Below are positions 41,036 through 53,499 of a stretch of DNA of 64,000 nucleotides, piece after piece. The stretch covers positions 157,728,001 through 157,792,000 of the forward strand of contig OX597817.1 in the NCBI GenBank assembly GCA_951406725.2, in the 5' to 3' direction. A program made the position numbers and the translations under genes. Numbering within the stretch: the first letter of the stretch is position 1; every line of letters begins with the position of its first letter. Under the pieces are notes generated by a model that did not search any database, had not been told where the DNA came from, and worked only from the letters and a program-made list of their open reading frames with translations. This DNA comes from Octopus vulgaris (taxonomy: Eukaryota).

Positions 41036-41689
41036 ATATATATATATATATATATTAGAAGAAATGAGGTACTCAGAAATCTGGATGGTTTTATAGTTAC
41101 AGATATTTATTAGTATGTTACATGTTTTTATATATCATATATATTAGCGCTTTCGTCACTCTAGTGGAGTTGTCAAACTGAACTTTTGCAGGAATTTTGT
41201 CTCTTTTTATAGTATCATTGAATATGTAGGGGTGGGGAGAGATATAAGATAGCACAAGAGGATGAGGAATGGGGAGAAAGTGAGAGAGGGCGCACGTGTG
41301 TGTGTGTATGTGTGTGTGTTTGTATCTGAAAGAAGTGTTAAAGGAAAAGAGAAGGAAATGAGGAAGACAGAGAGAAAGAAGAAAAAAATTGTTGATATCT
41401 TTGCAGCTGGTCAGTCTTTCAATAGTAAATGATTCTTGGCTTTTAGAAATGGCAAACCCAGCTGGTCACTCCAAGGGGAATAAAGGGCAAAATGTCACTT
41501 TTCAAAAAATTGTCTGGATTTCCTTTTTATCATTGTCTTGTGAGAGTGTGTGTGTGTGTATGTGCGTGGGTGTCTGTGTATCTGAAAGTAGTGTCAAATG
41601 GGAAAGGGGAATGAAAGGAATAAATAGAGAGAGAATGAAAAAAAACCTGTTGAGTTCAGTGGTGCAACATAGCATATACATATATATAT

Positions 41690-41910
41690 ATATAAAGTTA
41701 ATCCAAACATGAAAACACAAAGAGAAAACACAACGCGAGGACGTGGAACAAGTATAGTATTATTGGATGCTCAGGAAAGGAAGGAAAGAAGGAGGATTTA
41801 ACGTTTCGAGTGGAGCTCTTCGTCAGAAACATAGAAAAAGGAAAGATCCAAGGAAGGGAAGACGGAGGGAAAAAATCGCCAACGATACACATGCAGTCAC
41901 ATATTGAATG
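41690..41910 (-). mobile_element. Penelope-like terminal repeat with minimal hammerhead motif
   Basis: Minus strand GTTT-CTGACGA-A-GAG-ctcca-CTC-GAAAC-GTT-AAAT at 41796-41830; possible GIY-YIG C-terminal remnant (SQESFTIERLTSCKDIN) at ~41390-41450. Confidence 0.6.
41796..41830 (-). ncRNA. Putative minimal type I hammerhead ribozyme
   Basis: CUGACGA and GAAA core boxes, 3-bp stem II, palindromic AACGUU stem III, GUU cleavage triplet, short stem I. Confidence 0.6.
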
Positions 41911-42028
41911 ACTGGAAGGGAATGGGTGAAGAAAAAGTTCTTTCAAAGACAGGAGAGTGCAAGAGAAGGAGATATGTGTGGGTATGTGCGTGCGTGCAGG
42001 TCTGTGTGTGTGTGTGTGTGTGTGTATG

Positions 42029-42059
<31 letters not shown>

Positions 42060-42217
42060 GTATGTATGTAATGATAGCACGTGTGTGTGTGTGGTTGTGG
42101 CTGTCAATCTGTGTGTGGCTGGGCTTAGTATCTTATAAGGTCACAGGAAGAATTGATAGTAGGAGTGGCTCCTGTTGTGTCTCTACCTACACATGTGTAT
42201 AGGAGAATGGTCAGTGG

Positions 42218-42352
42218 AGCCTTTCATCCTTTCGGGGTCGATAAATTAAGTACCAGTTACGCACTGGGGTCGATGTAATCGACTTAATACCTATGTCTGT
42301 CCTTGTTTGTCCCCTCTGTGTTTAGCCCCTTGTGGGCAATAAAGAAATAGGT
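42218..42352 (+). mobile_element. 5'-truncated SINE family B
   Basis: Core and tail match. Confidence 0.85.
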
Positions 42353-42434
42353 ACTGGTAGTTTGAAGTATGTGTGTGTGCGTGTATATATATGTAGTGTG
42401 TGTGTGTTTTGTTTGCAGTGTGTGTGTATATGTA

Positions 42435-42506
<72 letters not shown>

Positions 42507-42681
42507 TACACATATGCATTCATATATTGTTCTTGGTAGTCTCTTGGGTCTGAGAAGGAAGATGCTTAAATTTCTTGCTGAACAACATGTATAGAGGATT
42601 TGTTTATAGTAATCAAGTGTTTATGCATCAGATATAGAAGAACGTAGTTATGTGTGGAGGAAAAATATATACACAAAGGCA

Positions 42682-42715
<34 letters not shown>

Positions 42716-43494
42716 GGAATGTACATAGGTAGGATAAAAGTATACACTGAAGAATTTTTGGAATATTTCCCCCCAAAATAGCCATGAAATGCAGCATTGC
42801 TCTTTGGGAGAGAAATTATACAGCAAATATTAACACCAAAATTATAAATGAAAGAAAATAAGCATCTCTGAACAATTAACTATAGATCAATCAAAAATGG
42901 AGGTTGATATCAAGCTTTCTCCATACTTACATTAAGTTGCCTAATTTTTCTAGAATAATTAATTAGTTATACATCAACATTTGTGTCTAATTATAAATAT
43001 TAGATTTCACAAAAAAATACAAAAAAATGTTCTAACTTACATGCTTGAAATCCATTCATTTAGTGAAATCATCAAAGATTTTACAAGTTCATCTTTCGAT
43101 TTAAGTGTTTTCATTGCTGCTTCGAGTTCAATAATAACTACCTCTGTCATTCAATTAGTAGCAGATTCTTTGCTGTTCTGTTGGAAAATAATGAAACAAT
43201 TATTGGTAAATGCTGATATTGGGTAGGCCCAATTATTAGACAATTTCTAAATTAATTCAGAAACAGTGATAGCTTTGGTGTAGTTGCATCATTCAAGTAA
43301 AACTTCCATGATTGCTATACAAACTATTTGCAACAAGAATGATAAGTTGATTTTAAGTCTCAAGATTCCATACACACGCAAGCATATATCTGACTCATAC
43401 ACTGTTCACTTTCCAGACATTTGTACATTACTGCATATTCTTTATACGCACTTTTGACAAGTTGTGGTGCACCTGAGCACTGCATACAATAATT

Positions 43495-43496
<2 letters not shown>

Positions 43497-43544
<48 letters not shown>

Positions 43545-43609
43545 GTTATTATTATTATTAGTAGTAGTAGTAGTAGTAGAATTAGTATTATTATTATTTT
43601 TATTATTAT

Positions 43610-43667
<58 letters not shown>

Positions 43668-43668
43668 T
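43497..43668. repeat. (ATT)n microsatellite extending from a CR1/L2 tail
   Basis: Directly follows ...gcacctgagcactgcatacaataatttc. Confidence 0.93.
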
Positions 43669-44077
43669 TTAAAAGAAAAAGAGTTGGTGGAAAATTAAGA
43701 TAACAGCTAATGATGTTGAACAGGTGGTTATAAAAAAATGGCAGATGCATAAGAAAATTGTTAATGAGTGATGGTCTCCTAAGGAAGGGAGAGAGTTCAG
43801 AAGGAAATTTCTGTGATCATTCCCTGCCAAAGGAAATCATGATAAAGTTGAACGACCTTAATTAGATCTATGTGAATAGGGTGATGACATACAATTAACA
43901 AATCAAAAACGTTTGTAACAACCCAACCCATAAGTACAATATTCCAGACATGCTATGCTTAAAGGATGGCAGGTGCTTAAATTTCATGTTCTAGTTGTGA
44001 CCATCCTACCTTTATTGGGGTGGAGTGGGAATATGTGACACCATTCTAGCAGAGCAGGAAATATGTAGATGTTGTAA

Positions 44078-44307
44078 GGCGGTGAGCTGGCAGAAACGTT
44101 AGCAAGCTGGGCGAAATGCGTTGCCGTATTTCGTCTGCCGTTACGTTCCGAGTTCAAATTCCGCCGAGGTCGACTTTGCCTTTCATCCTTCCGGGGTCGA
44201 TAAATTAAGTACCAGTTACGCACTGGGGTCGATGTAATCGACTTAATCCGTTTGTCTGTCCTTGTTTGTCTCCTCTGTGTTTAGCCCCCAGTGGGTAGTA
44301 AAGAAAT
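44078..44307 (+). mobile_element. SINE family B, full length
   Basis: TSD atatgtagatgttgt on both sides. Confidence 0.9.
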
Positions 44308-44589
44308 ATATATGTAGATGTTGTTCTATTAGCTTATTAAGTATATGTTATTAAAATCCAATGAAAACTGTAATATTTACATAAAGCAAAGAAGAAAGTT
44401 GTGACGTTAATATTTTTCCTGTTGGTGACGTAATTCAAATGAAGCTGTTTCCTCTGAGACTTAATTATTTACAAATCTTGAGACTTAAAATCAACTAGTT
44501 TGCCACAGAGCTGAGATGGACAACCTACCAGTGTTTGAGCTGCATGTGGCCTCAATTTCTTTCGATATGATACTTATAATACCATGATT

Positions 44590-44983
44590 GTGGAGGTGCA
44601 ATGGCCCAGTGGTTAGGGCAGCGGACTCGCGGTCATAGGATTGCGGTTTCGATTCCCAGACCGGGCGTTGGGAGTGTTTATTGAGCGAAAAACACCTAAA
44701 AGCTCCACGAGGCTCCGGCAGGGGATGGTGGTGATCCCTGCTGTACTCTTTCACCACAACTTTCTCTCACTCTTACTTCCTGTTTCTGTTGTACCTGTAT
44801 TTCAAAGGGCTGGCCTTGTCACTCTCTGTGTCATACTGAATATCCCCGAGAACTACGTTAAGGGTACACGTGTCTGTGGAGTGCTCAGCCACTTACACGT
44901 TAATTTCACGAGCAGGCTGTTCCATTGATTCGGATCAACCGGAACCCTCATCGTCGTAACCGACGGAGTGTTTCCATCCATCC
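44590..44983 (+). mobile_element. SINE family A, full length
   Basis: 12-bp TSD aataccatgatt (44578, 44984). Confidence 0.93.
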
Positions 44984-45839
44984 AATACCATGATTAAATA
45001 AACAATGAGTTTTCATTTAAATTTTCTAATATATTTAGCTTTGACTCTGTTAATTTGAACAATCTTGTTTCTTTCTCTCTTTCATTCAGTCACATTTTCA
45101 CTCAAACAAATTTCTGTGACTTCATCCATAATATAAATTGGACATGGGCGATTGTTGTATTCTTTCTTGTCTTAAGGTTCACAGCCAAACAGCTGGGTGG
45201 ATTCAGGTGAAAAACGGCACACATGTGAAGACGGGTGCATAGATTGGAATGGAGTTTGTATTTTTTTCCTAGCCCCCATAATTACCGAGAAAATTGATTA
45301 AAACTTTTTCTAATGGAATTACCCTCTTTCTTCCGCCATTAAAACAACCAGTTGCTTGGAAGTTGTTTTCTGATGGGGTGGGGTCAGGAAATTTTCATAC
45401 AGCTGGAGGCTCTAATTGAAACAGGGGACCCAAAATAATAAGGTTGAGAAACACTGTTATAGATTATGCTTAACCTCAAACGATCACAGCCACATAATCC
45501 AAACAGACCGGGTGAAACCAGGCTTAGCTGCTAGTGTAATATATATCGTACTATGTACTATATACAATGACTGTTAATTTATCTTAGTGGTGTGGCCTGA
45601 TTTATAATGAAGCAATGTTATGTAAGACCTTTCGCTAGAAAAAGGTTGAACAAGTCCCGTACAGAGTCATAGGAAAACTCAACAATTTTATACCAAAAGA
45701 TAAAAAATAACAAATAGCTGGGGTTTGGTGTTATACACTTGTTAGAACATTATTTACTATGTACATAAACATGGCTGAGAAGAATTGAGGCCAGTATTAT
45801 TCAGAATTTTCCAAAAACTTCAGCTGACTGATATTATTC

Positions 45840-46450
45840 GTGGTCAAGCATGACCTTCGAACATTGGGCCTCACAGAGGCAATGACAAAAGATCAAGAAC
45901 TCTGGAGATATGCTGTGACTCTGAAGACCCAACAAATAACGTGAGTTCATGGCTGTTTCCTGCACCAGCTTCACATACCAGCTCCAGCCCATCCAAAGTA
46001 CCTTGGATCGCAGGACGGCCGGCTGTGTTTACCTTGGATCGTAGGGTGACCTGCTATGCTTGAGGAGACCTATTGAGTCAGGTACATCAACATCAAAATA
46101 AAAATCAAATGGAAATTGTAGTTGTGATACCTGTGCTGGTGGCATGTAAAAAGCACCATCGGAACATGGCTGATACCAGCGCCGCTTTGACTGGCTTTCA
46201 TGCCGGTGGCACGTAAAAAGCACCAACTGATCATGGCCGTTGCCAGCCCCCCACTAGCCCCTGTGCTGGTGGCACGTAAAAAGCACTCACTATACTCATG
46301 GAGTGGTTGGCATTAGGAAGGGCATCCAGCTGTAGAAACATTGCTGGATCAGACTGGGGCCTGGTGCAGCCTCCTGGCTTCCCAGACCCCAGTCGAACCA
46401 CCCAACCCATGCTAGCATGGAAAACGGACATTAAACGATGATGATGATGA
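45840..46450 (+). mobile_element. 5'-truncated RTE LINE end with family D tail
   Basis: DLRTLGLTEAMTKDQELWRYAV-like end followed by the tail and (GAT)n. Confidence 0.85.
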
Positions 46451-46627
46451 CCCCTGCTTATTATTTTTACATTTTCAAAACTCCTTGGTAGGGATTTTCT
46501 CTGCTAATTTCATTGAATTGAAATTTTTCTTATACTGCTTGCACAAGACCCTACATTATAAGTATTTAGTATGCAGTGTTCAACTGTGGTACTTTTAACC
46601 TCAGCTCTGTTGTTGCTACATATTTTT

Positions 46628-47876
46628 AATATTGGTTTCTTATAAAATGCAGGGCAAGAATTTCAAGGTAGAGGACACTGAATTATATCAACCTCAGAAG
46701 GTAGAAGAGCAAAGTTAACCTTGGTGAGATTTGAACTCAGAGCATAAAGAAACAGAAGAAATATTATAAAGGCTCTAACTGATACTCTAACAATCCTACC
46801 AGAATATCACCCTGCACACTTTTAATATTGGTTTCAAATTTTGACACAATACCATCAAGATCAGGAAAGGGGACAAGTTAATTACATCAAAACCAGTCCT
46901 CAACTGGTACTTATTTTATTGACTCCGAAAAGATGAAAGACAAAGTTGACTTTGGTGGAATTTGAACTCAGAATGTGAAGATGGACAAAATGTTACTAAC
47001 GATTTTGGCTGACATAATAATGATTCTACTAGCTTGATGCCTTAGACATACTTTTAATATTAAAACATTCAATTCCTTAAGGCAGAAAGCTAGCAGAATT
47101 GAAAACATGCTGAGGAAAATGCTTAGAGGCATTTTGTCCTTCTTTATGTTCTGAATTCAAATTCCGAGGTTGAATTTATAAAGACAAGTGACATACCTAT
47201 TTCTTTACTACCCGCAAGGGGCAAAACACAGAGAGGACAAACAAACGGATTAAGTCGATTATATCAACCCCAGTGCGTAACTGGTACTTAATTTATCGAC
47301 CCCGAAAAGATGAAAGGCAAAGTCAACCTCGGTGGAATTTGAACTCAGAACGTAACAGCAGACGAAATACGGCTAAGCATATCGCCCGGCATGCTAACGT
47401 TTCTGCCAGCTTGCCGCCTTGACAAGCGACATACCGCTAAGCTTTTTTCCCGGCATGTTAATGGTTCTGCCAGCTTGCCACCCTAAACCCACCTCTATAT
47501 GGGCTCCTTCTTACAATGTAGAAGACATTGTATTCTGCCCCTCTATCTCTTATTTCATGGTCGATAAGAAAAGTACCAGTTGAGAACTGGGGTTGATGTA
47601 ATTGATTTACTCTATCCCCTGAACATGCTGGTCTTGTGCCAAAATTTGAAACCAAGATTAGAATATTCCTTAAGATGGCAGAATTGTTAGCACACTGGGC
47701 AAAATGCTGAGCAGCTTTTCATTTATCTTTATGTTTTGAGTTCAAATGCTGCCAGGGTTGATTTTCATCCTTTCACGGTTGACAAAATAAGTACCAGTTG
47801 AGCACTGAAGTCGACATAATTGACTAACCTTGTCCCCCAAATTTTCTGGCTTTGTGTCAAAATTTAAAACCGATAT
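46628..47876. mobile_element. Cluster of SINE family B copies of different ages in both orientations
   Basis: Repeated ggaatttgaactcagaa / aaagtcaacctc cores (minus strand, ~46630-47485) and plus-strand copies (~47555-47876). Confidence 0.75.
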
Positions 47877-48708
47877 TAAAGCATTCCAGTAAATACTGTA
47901 TAACATAGAACAAAGACTGGCTTGTTCTTGAAGGCGACTCGCAATTCCATTCACTTTCACTATCAATTCATGATCTTGTGCAAAAGCAAGAACAAATCAA
48001 TAATTTAATTTTCAAAATCTCACAATTCCTTTATTCTTAATAATGTTAACTGTTATCTTTCATTAAGATCAGAAGGTCACATTTCTATATCAAGAAAGTA
48101 TGGCATTTGGACAAAAAATATATTTTATTTCATTTTATCAGTTGACTGACAGCTTTTGAGTTCAAGAGTGAATTTTAAAATAAAATTATGGTAAAGTGCT
48201 TGTATTATATATATAGATTTAACCTTTTATCAAACTTTACTGATGACCTATTGAATACCATTTCTTTTTTCTTTTTCTTCAATCCTTATCATCGATGTCT
48301 GATTTGGTCATGAATCATAGAGCTAATATTCATGTTTATCTAATCAGTTGTACAACACTGCAGACACAGAGGTGAGATGATTCAGTGGGTTGGTTATTGG
48401 GATACTTGTTCGCAGACAGAACATTTTAGTTTGCCTCAGTTCCCTTGGCTGTCTGGAATACATTTCCAGATCATGCTGCTATCACAGACTCTGGGTTACA
48501 TGGTTTCTCTCTTAGCTTCTATCACTACCACAACAATCTGCATTTCTGAACAAGCTAGCTCATACTCTCTCCATCCACTGCCACTGTGTCTCACTTTCCA
48601 GACTGCACACTAACTACTTCTTTCAGTATTTTCCCACTTGCAAGAAATACAATCCTCTAGAGTTTCCAATGTTGCTTTTCCTGCAACATAGACTTACATA
48701 CACTACAT

Positions 48709-49047
48709 TCATCATCATCATCATCATTATTTAATGTCCGCTTTCCATGCTAGCATGGGTTGGATGATTTAACTGAGGACTGGTGAACCAGATGGCTGCA
48801 CCAGGCTCCAATCTTGATCTGGTAGAATTTCTACAGCTGGATGCCCTTCCTAACGCCAACCACTCCAAGAGTGTAGTGGGTGCTTTAATGTGCCACCAGC
48901 ACAGGGGCCAGAGGTGGGGTTGAGTGGCGAACCAGATAGCTGCACCAGGCTCCAATCTTGATCTTGTAGAGTTTCTACAGCTGGATGCCCTTCCTAATGC
49001 CAACCACTCCAAGAGTGTAGTGGGTGCTTTAATGTGCCACCAGCACA
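48709..49047 (-). mobile_element. Family D tail with tandem ~140-bp duplication
   Basis: gaaccagat..gctgcaccaggctcc...ggggccagaggtg occurs twice. Confidence 0.85.
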
Positions 49048-49499
49048 GGGGCCAGAGGTGAGGTTGAGAAAATGAGAACTAGTTGAGCACTGGGATCAAT
49101 GTTATTGACTAGCCCCTTGCTCTAAAATTGCTAGGCTTGTGCCAAACTTTGAAACCATTAAATAGAAATGGTGTGGGGGAATAACTGGAAAGAACAGGAG
49201 ATGGTGGTTATTAGTGGTGAGGAGAGAGTAGCAGATGGTCAGAAATGGGAGGAGAGGTGATGAGGCTCAAAGCGCTGTTTGGGAAATAAGAGAATGAAGA
49301 GTGGGTAACATGAGAGGGATAAAAGTGATTCAGGAAGGGAAGTAGATGAGAAATTAAGGGGAAGATGTGCAAGGTGTAGGAGTAATGGTGAGGGAGATGC
49401 AGAGATACAAAGAGTGGTTATAATGAGTGGGCCATGAAGGCGGATATGAGAGGGTGTTGGGAATGATAGATGTGTGACACAACCCTTATACAAAGGAGA

Positions 49500-49594
49500 A
49501 ACTAATTATCCCTGAGATACTCTTCCTGTCTTTGACAAATTAATTATCCTGTCATTGATAAACTAATTATCCTGTCATTGATAAACCAATTATC
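49500..49594. repeat. Short ~23-bp tandem repeat (aactaattatcctgtcattgata)
   Basis: About 3-4 imperfect copies visible. Confidence 0.75.
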
Positions 49595-49694
49595 GACAGA
49601 CAGATGAAGTAAATAATGACAATATGCAATCATGTTGGAATTTACTGTAGTCTTAAACATTTTGGGATCTTTACCTTTTGACCTACAGATTTAA

Positions 49695-49914
49695 CCCTTT
49701 AGTATTTAAACCGGCCATATCTGGCCAAAATATTTAATCTGTTTTATGTTCAAAACTGACCAGATCCAGGCTCTCACACCTACCCTACAATGTTATTCTA
49801 CATTAAGTAATTACACCATCAAGATCTTGAAGATATGAGATAATGCATGATTAATTCAAATCAATGTGAATCAATAAGCATTATGTTTGATAGAATAATC
49901 TGAACACTAAAGGG
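49695..49914. mobile_element. piggyBac-type MITE nested in a GGATCT-family MITE
   Basis: TTAA-ccctttagtattta ... tgaacactaaaggg-TTAA: CCC/GGG termini, TTAA TSD. Confidence 0.88.
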
Positions 49915-50454
49915 TTAAAAAATAATTTTTTGTAACTAAACACTTTCAAACTTTGGACACTGGTAGAATGTGTCATATAAAATACGTTTTACTCTTAGCA
50001 TATTTGAGAAAAACTTATATTTACAAAGATATTTCACCTTAAAGTTCTCATATTTCGGTAATTTCAACCAATCAATGACATGTATTCAGCTGAATAAAAT
50101 TACTGCTGTTGTTTGTCAACAAGAACTTCCGGCGGTGTATATTTTGTTTGTCACTGTTATTTATGACAACCCTAACCCTAAAACCTTAAATCTAGTACAA
50201 ACGCACGAACGATGTCATAAATAACATATTTCTCTAACACATCTATCTTTCTCTCTCTCTCTGCACCCATATTTATAATTCCCAGTTTTCACATTTTCAT
50301 TCTTTATTATCTACCCTTACCACCATACAGCATAACTGTCATCATCATGAGCCAACAAAGGCAGCTTTGGTGTGGTTACCCAGCCTGCTAGAAATAGCAG
50401 TCAAATATTCCTCAAATCACAACAATTTTAAAGAAGGCAGAATGCATTAGAAGT

Positions 50455-50672
50455 ATTTCTTTTCTACTCTAGGCACAAGGCCCGAAATTTTGGGGGAGGG
50501 GGCCAGTTGATTAGATCGATCCCAGTACACAACTGGTACTTAATTTATTGACCCCGAAAGGATGAAAGGCAAAGTCAACCTCGGTGGAATTTGAACTCAG
50601 AATGTAAAGACAGATGAAATACCACAAAGCATTTCACCCAACATGCTAATGTTTCTGCCAGCTTGCTGCCTT
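50455..50672 (-). mobile_element. SINE family B (alternative tail)
   Basis: Core match; TSD-like tgcattagaagtatttct flanks. Confidence 0.85.
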
Positions 50673-51529
50673 GCATTAGAAGTATTTCTGCTCAATCAAA
50701 GCTTACATAGTGTCATACAACAACAATCAATGTCTTTACAGGTCAACAAAATATCTGCTAGAAATAGCAGCCAAATTTTTTATAAATCACACCCAACCAT
50801 TTTATTCCATCTATCTTTTTCATTTTTTTTAAAAAGGCACAAATGTATCTACTACGCTTCCTCAAAATGTCCTTTTTTTTAAGATGGAAGAATGTGATTT
50901 GGAGAAAATGAGGCAGTATTTCTAGCAAGTGTTGCATATAGGTTGCCAAGCTGGATTGTAATGATGACCTATGTCCAATGTATCCTTCCTTTTTAAGATT
51001 GCAGGGTGTAATTTGAGGATATTTGGTTGTTATTTCTTGAAGGGTGAGCTATCAGACACAACATAACGTGTCTGGAAAAAACAGCAGGTAACGTTAGATT
51101 GGCTAACTCAATCAGGAATGACCTAGGGCTAAATATCACAACATAATAACAATACATTCCTTTGTTAATTATATAGTAATGAGCCATACCTCCCATGACA
51201 CCTATTTATAGGACAACATACCAATGGCTCTTTATATGGTAAAATGACACCTTTATAACCTATTTATTTTCTGACAAGAATATTCCCATTCCTACTTTTG
51301 ACATGGATGTCCTCACAGTTCCTTCCATCAAGGATATTTTTCAATTCCCTTCTAATATGGACAGTTACAACTCTCACATCCAATGTGTATATTTTTACTT
51401 CCATTCTGATGAGAGTTTAATTCAAATCAACTTGTAGTCATTGTCATTTTTACAACAAAATTTACACTCATTTTTTTCTAGGCATGGCACTTTGAGCAAG
51501 TGTCTTCTACTATATATATATATGTGTGT

Positions 51530-51797
51530 GTGGAGGCGCAATGGCCCAGTGGTTAGGGCAGCGGACTCGCGGTTGTAGGATCGCGGTTTCGATTCCCAGA
51601 CCGGGCGTTGTGTGTTTATTGAGCGAAAACACCCAAAAGCTCCATGAGGCTCCGGCAGGGGATGGTGGTGATCCCTGCTGTACTCTTTCACCACTCTTTC
51701 GTTTGTTGGCCTGCTCACTTAGCCAGCTAAAATAATGCGAACGCATTGTAACCAGCGATGTGTAGCAACATCTGATGGTCTGGTCGGTCACGTGATA
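51530..51797 (+). mobile_element. SINE with family A head and different 3' half
   Basis: Matches family A up to ctgtactctttcaccac, then diverges; older relatives at ~52285-52422 and ~56035-56310. Confidence 0.85.
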
Positions 51798-52467
51798 TAT
51801 ATATGTATGTATGTGTGTCTTTGTGTGTGTGTGTTTGTCCCCACCACTGTTTGAGAACTTCTGTCTTTCATGCTGTCATGTGTTGGACAGTTTGACAAGA
51901 GGTGCTAAGCCAGAGGACTGTAGCAAGCTTAACTGTCTATTTTGACATAGATGCCCTTCCTAATTCCAACTGCTTTATAGAGGGTGCTTTTACGTGGCAC
52001 CACACGGGTGCTTTTACATGGCACTGCATAGGTGCTCTTATGTGGCACCACCATGAGTGCTTTACATCATCAGGTCTTAACACTTCTGCTGCAGAGTAAG
52101 GGTCTTCTTGAGTCCTTTGTCATCACACAGCAACTAATTCCTCTTATGCATATATATATGTGTGTGTGTGTGTGTGTAGATAGATAGATAGATGGATATA
52201 TGCACACATATGTATGCATACATATATATGTATATATATGTATATGTATGTATATATATATATATATGTATGTATATGTATACAGTGAAGGTATGTGGTC
52301 CAATGATTAGGCTGTTGCACTCACATTCATGAGATCCTGGGTTTGATTCCCTGACTGGGCGGTGCATTGTAACCAGCAATGTGTAACAACATGACAGTCT
52401 GGTTAGTTATGTGATCACGCGATATATATGTATATATATTTGTGTATGTGTGTATATATATATGTAG

Positions 52468-52843
52468 ATCATCATCATCATCATTTAGCGTCTGTTTTCC
52501 ATGCTAGCATGGGTTGGACGGTTCAACTGGGGTCTGTGAAGCCGGAAGGCCGCATCAGGCCCAGTCAGATCTGGCAGTGTTTCTACGGCTGGATGCCCTT
52601 CCTAACGCCAACCACTCCGTGAGTGTAGTGGGTGCTTTTTACGTGCCACCCGCACAGGTGCCAGACGGAGCTGGCAAACGGCCACGAACGGATGGTGCTT
52701 TTACGTGCCACCGGCACGGGGGCCAGGCGAGGCTGGCAACGGACACGAATGGATGGTGCTTTTACGTGCCACTGGCACGGGGGCCAGGCGAGGCTGGCAA
52801 CGGACGCAAGCAGATGGTGCTTTTACGTGCCACCGGCACGGGA
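52468..52843 (-). mobile_element. Family D tail with internal repeats
   Basis: Reverse complement of the 17200-17580-type sequence. Confidence 0.88.
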
Positions 52844-53499
52844 AGTATTAAACATTTGACATTTCTCTGTCCATCTGTCTGTCTCTCTCTTTGACACACA
52901 CACGCTTCAAACTTTAGAATGTTTACAAATCAGCTCATTTACAATTTGAGCCTAGTAAATTTGTAGAAAATGTTTAAGAAATATTTTCTGTGCAATATTT
53001 GTTAAATAGTGGTGAGTGTAACTAAATTTCCTTATAGCAAAGACTTTATCTTTATGTAATATATACTTTGGACAATAAGCCTGCTAGAATACATTTCTTT
53101 CCAAGCTGTTACCCACAGAAGGAGTGAAACTTAGGTTACAAGGTAACAAATCACTTATCCACTTCATGGATGCTGACTCTGTTCAGAGTGGTAAGTTTTT
53201 GCTTATCTTGAGATACCTATTCACAGTTAGCTACAATGAATCATTTGGAAGTTAAATGTTATGAACATGAACACAAAGTAATACTTAGTGACAAGGATAT
53301 GACCTACCAAGCTCCTAACACTTGTCTTGTATCTAATACACTCAGTCAGTCATGCCCTCAAATGAAATATCTAAGTGTTTATGGTGGATACTTCTCTAGA
53401 AAGTAACTGGAACCAGTTGTCTAAGTCATTCTGTATGCCATATGGCTGCTTGCTTCATGTTCTTGCTTGATAGGGCGGGGGTCATCCCAGGTTAGTGGT

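Larger units (their letters stand above)
37071..43177 (-). other. Candidate multi-exon gene or pseudogene (exons ~43041-43177, 42931-42949, ~39703-39728, ~39564-39623, ~39370-39508, 37071-37120)
   Basis: GT-AG bounded unique segments; the first three splice in phase to MTEVVIIELEAAMKTLKSKDELVKSLMISLNEWISSIKIRQLNKLVNSLSQ. Downstream phasing is ambiguous and no family was recognised. Confidence 0.4.

Noticed and set aside
43442-43750. Poly-Ile and poly-Leu membrane-like ORFs (also 32589-32825)
   Set aside because: Trinucleotide microsatellite translations.
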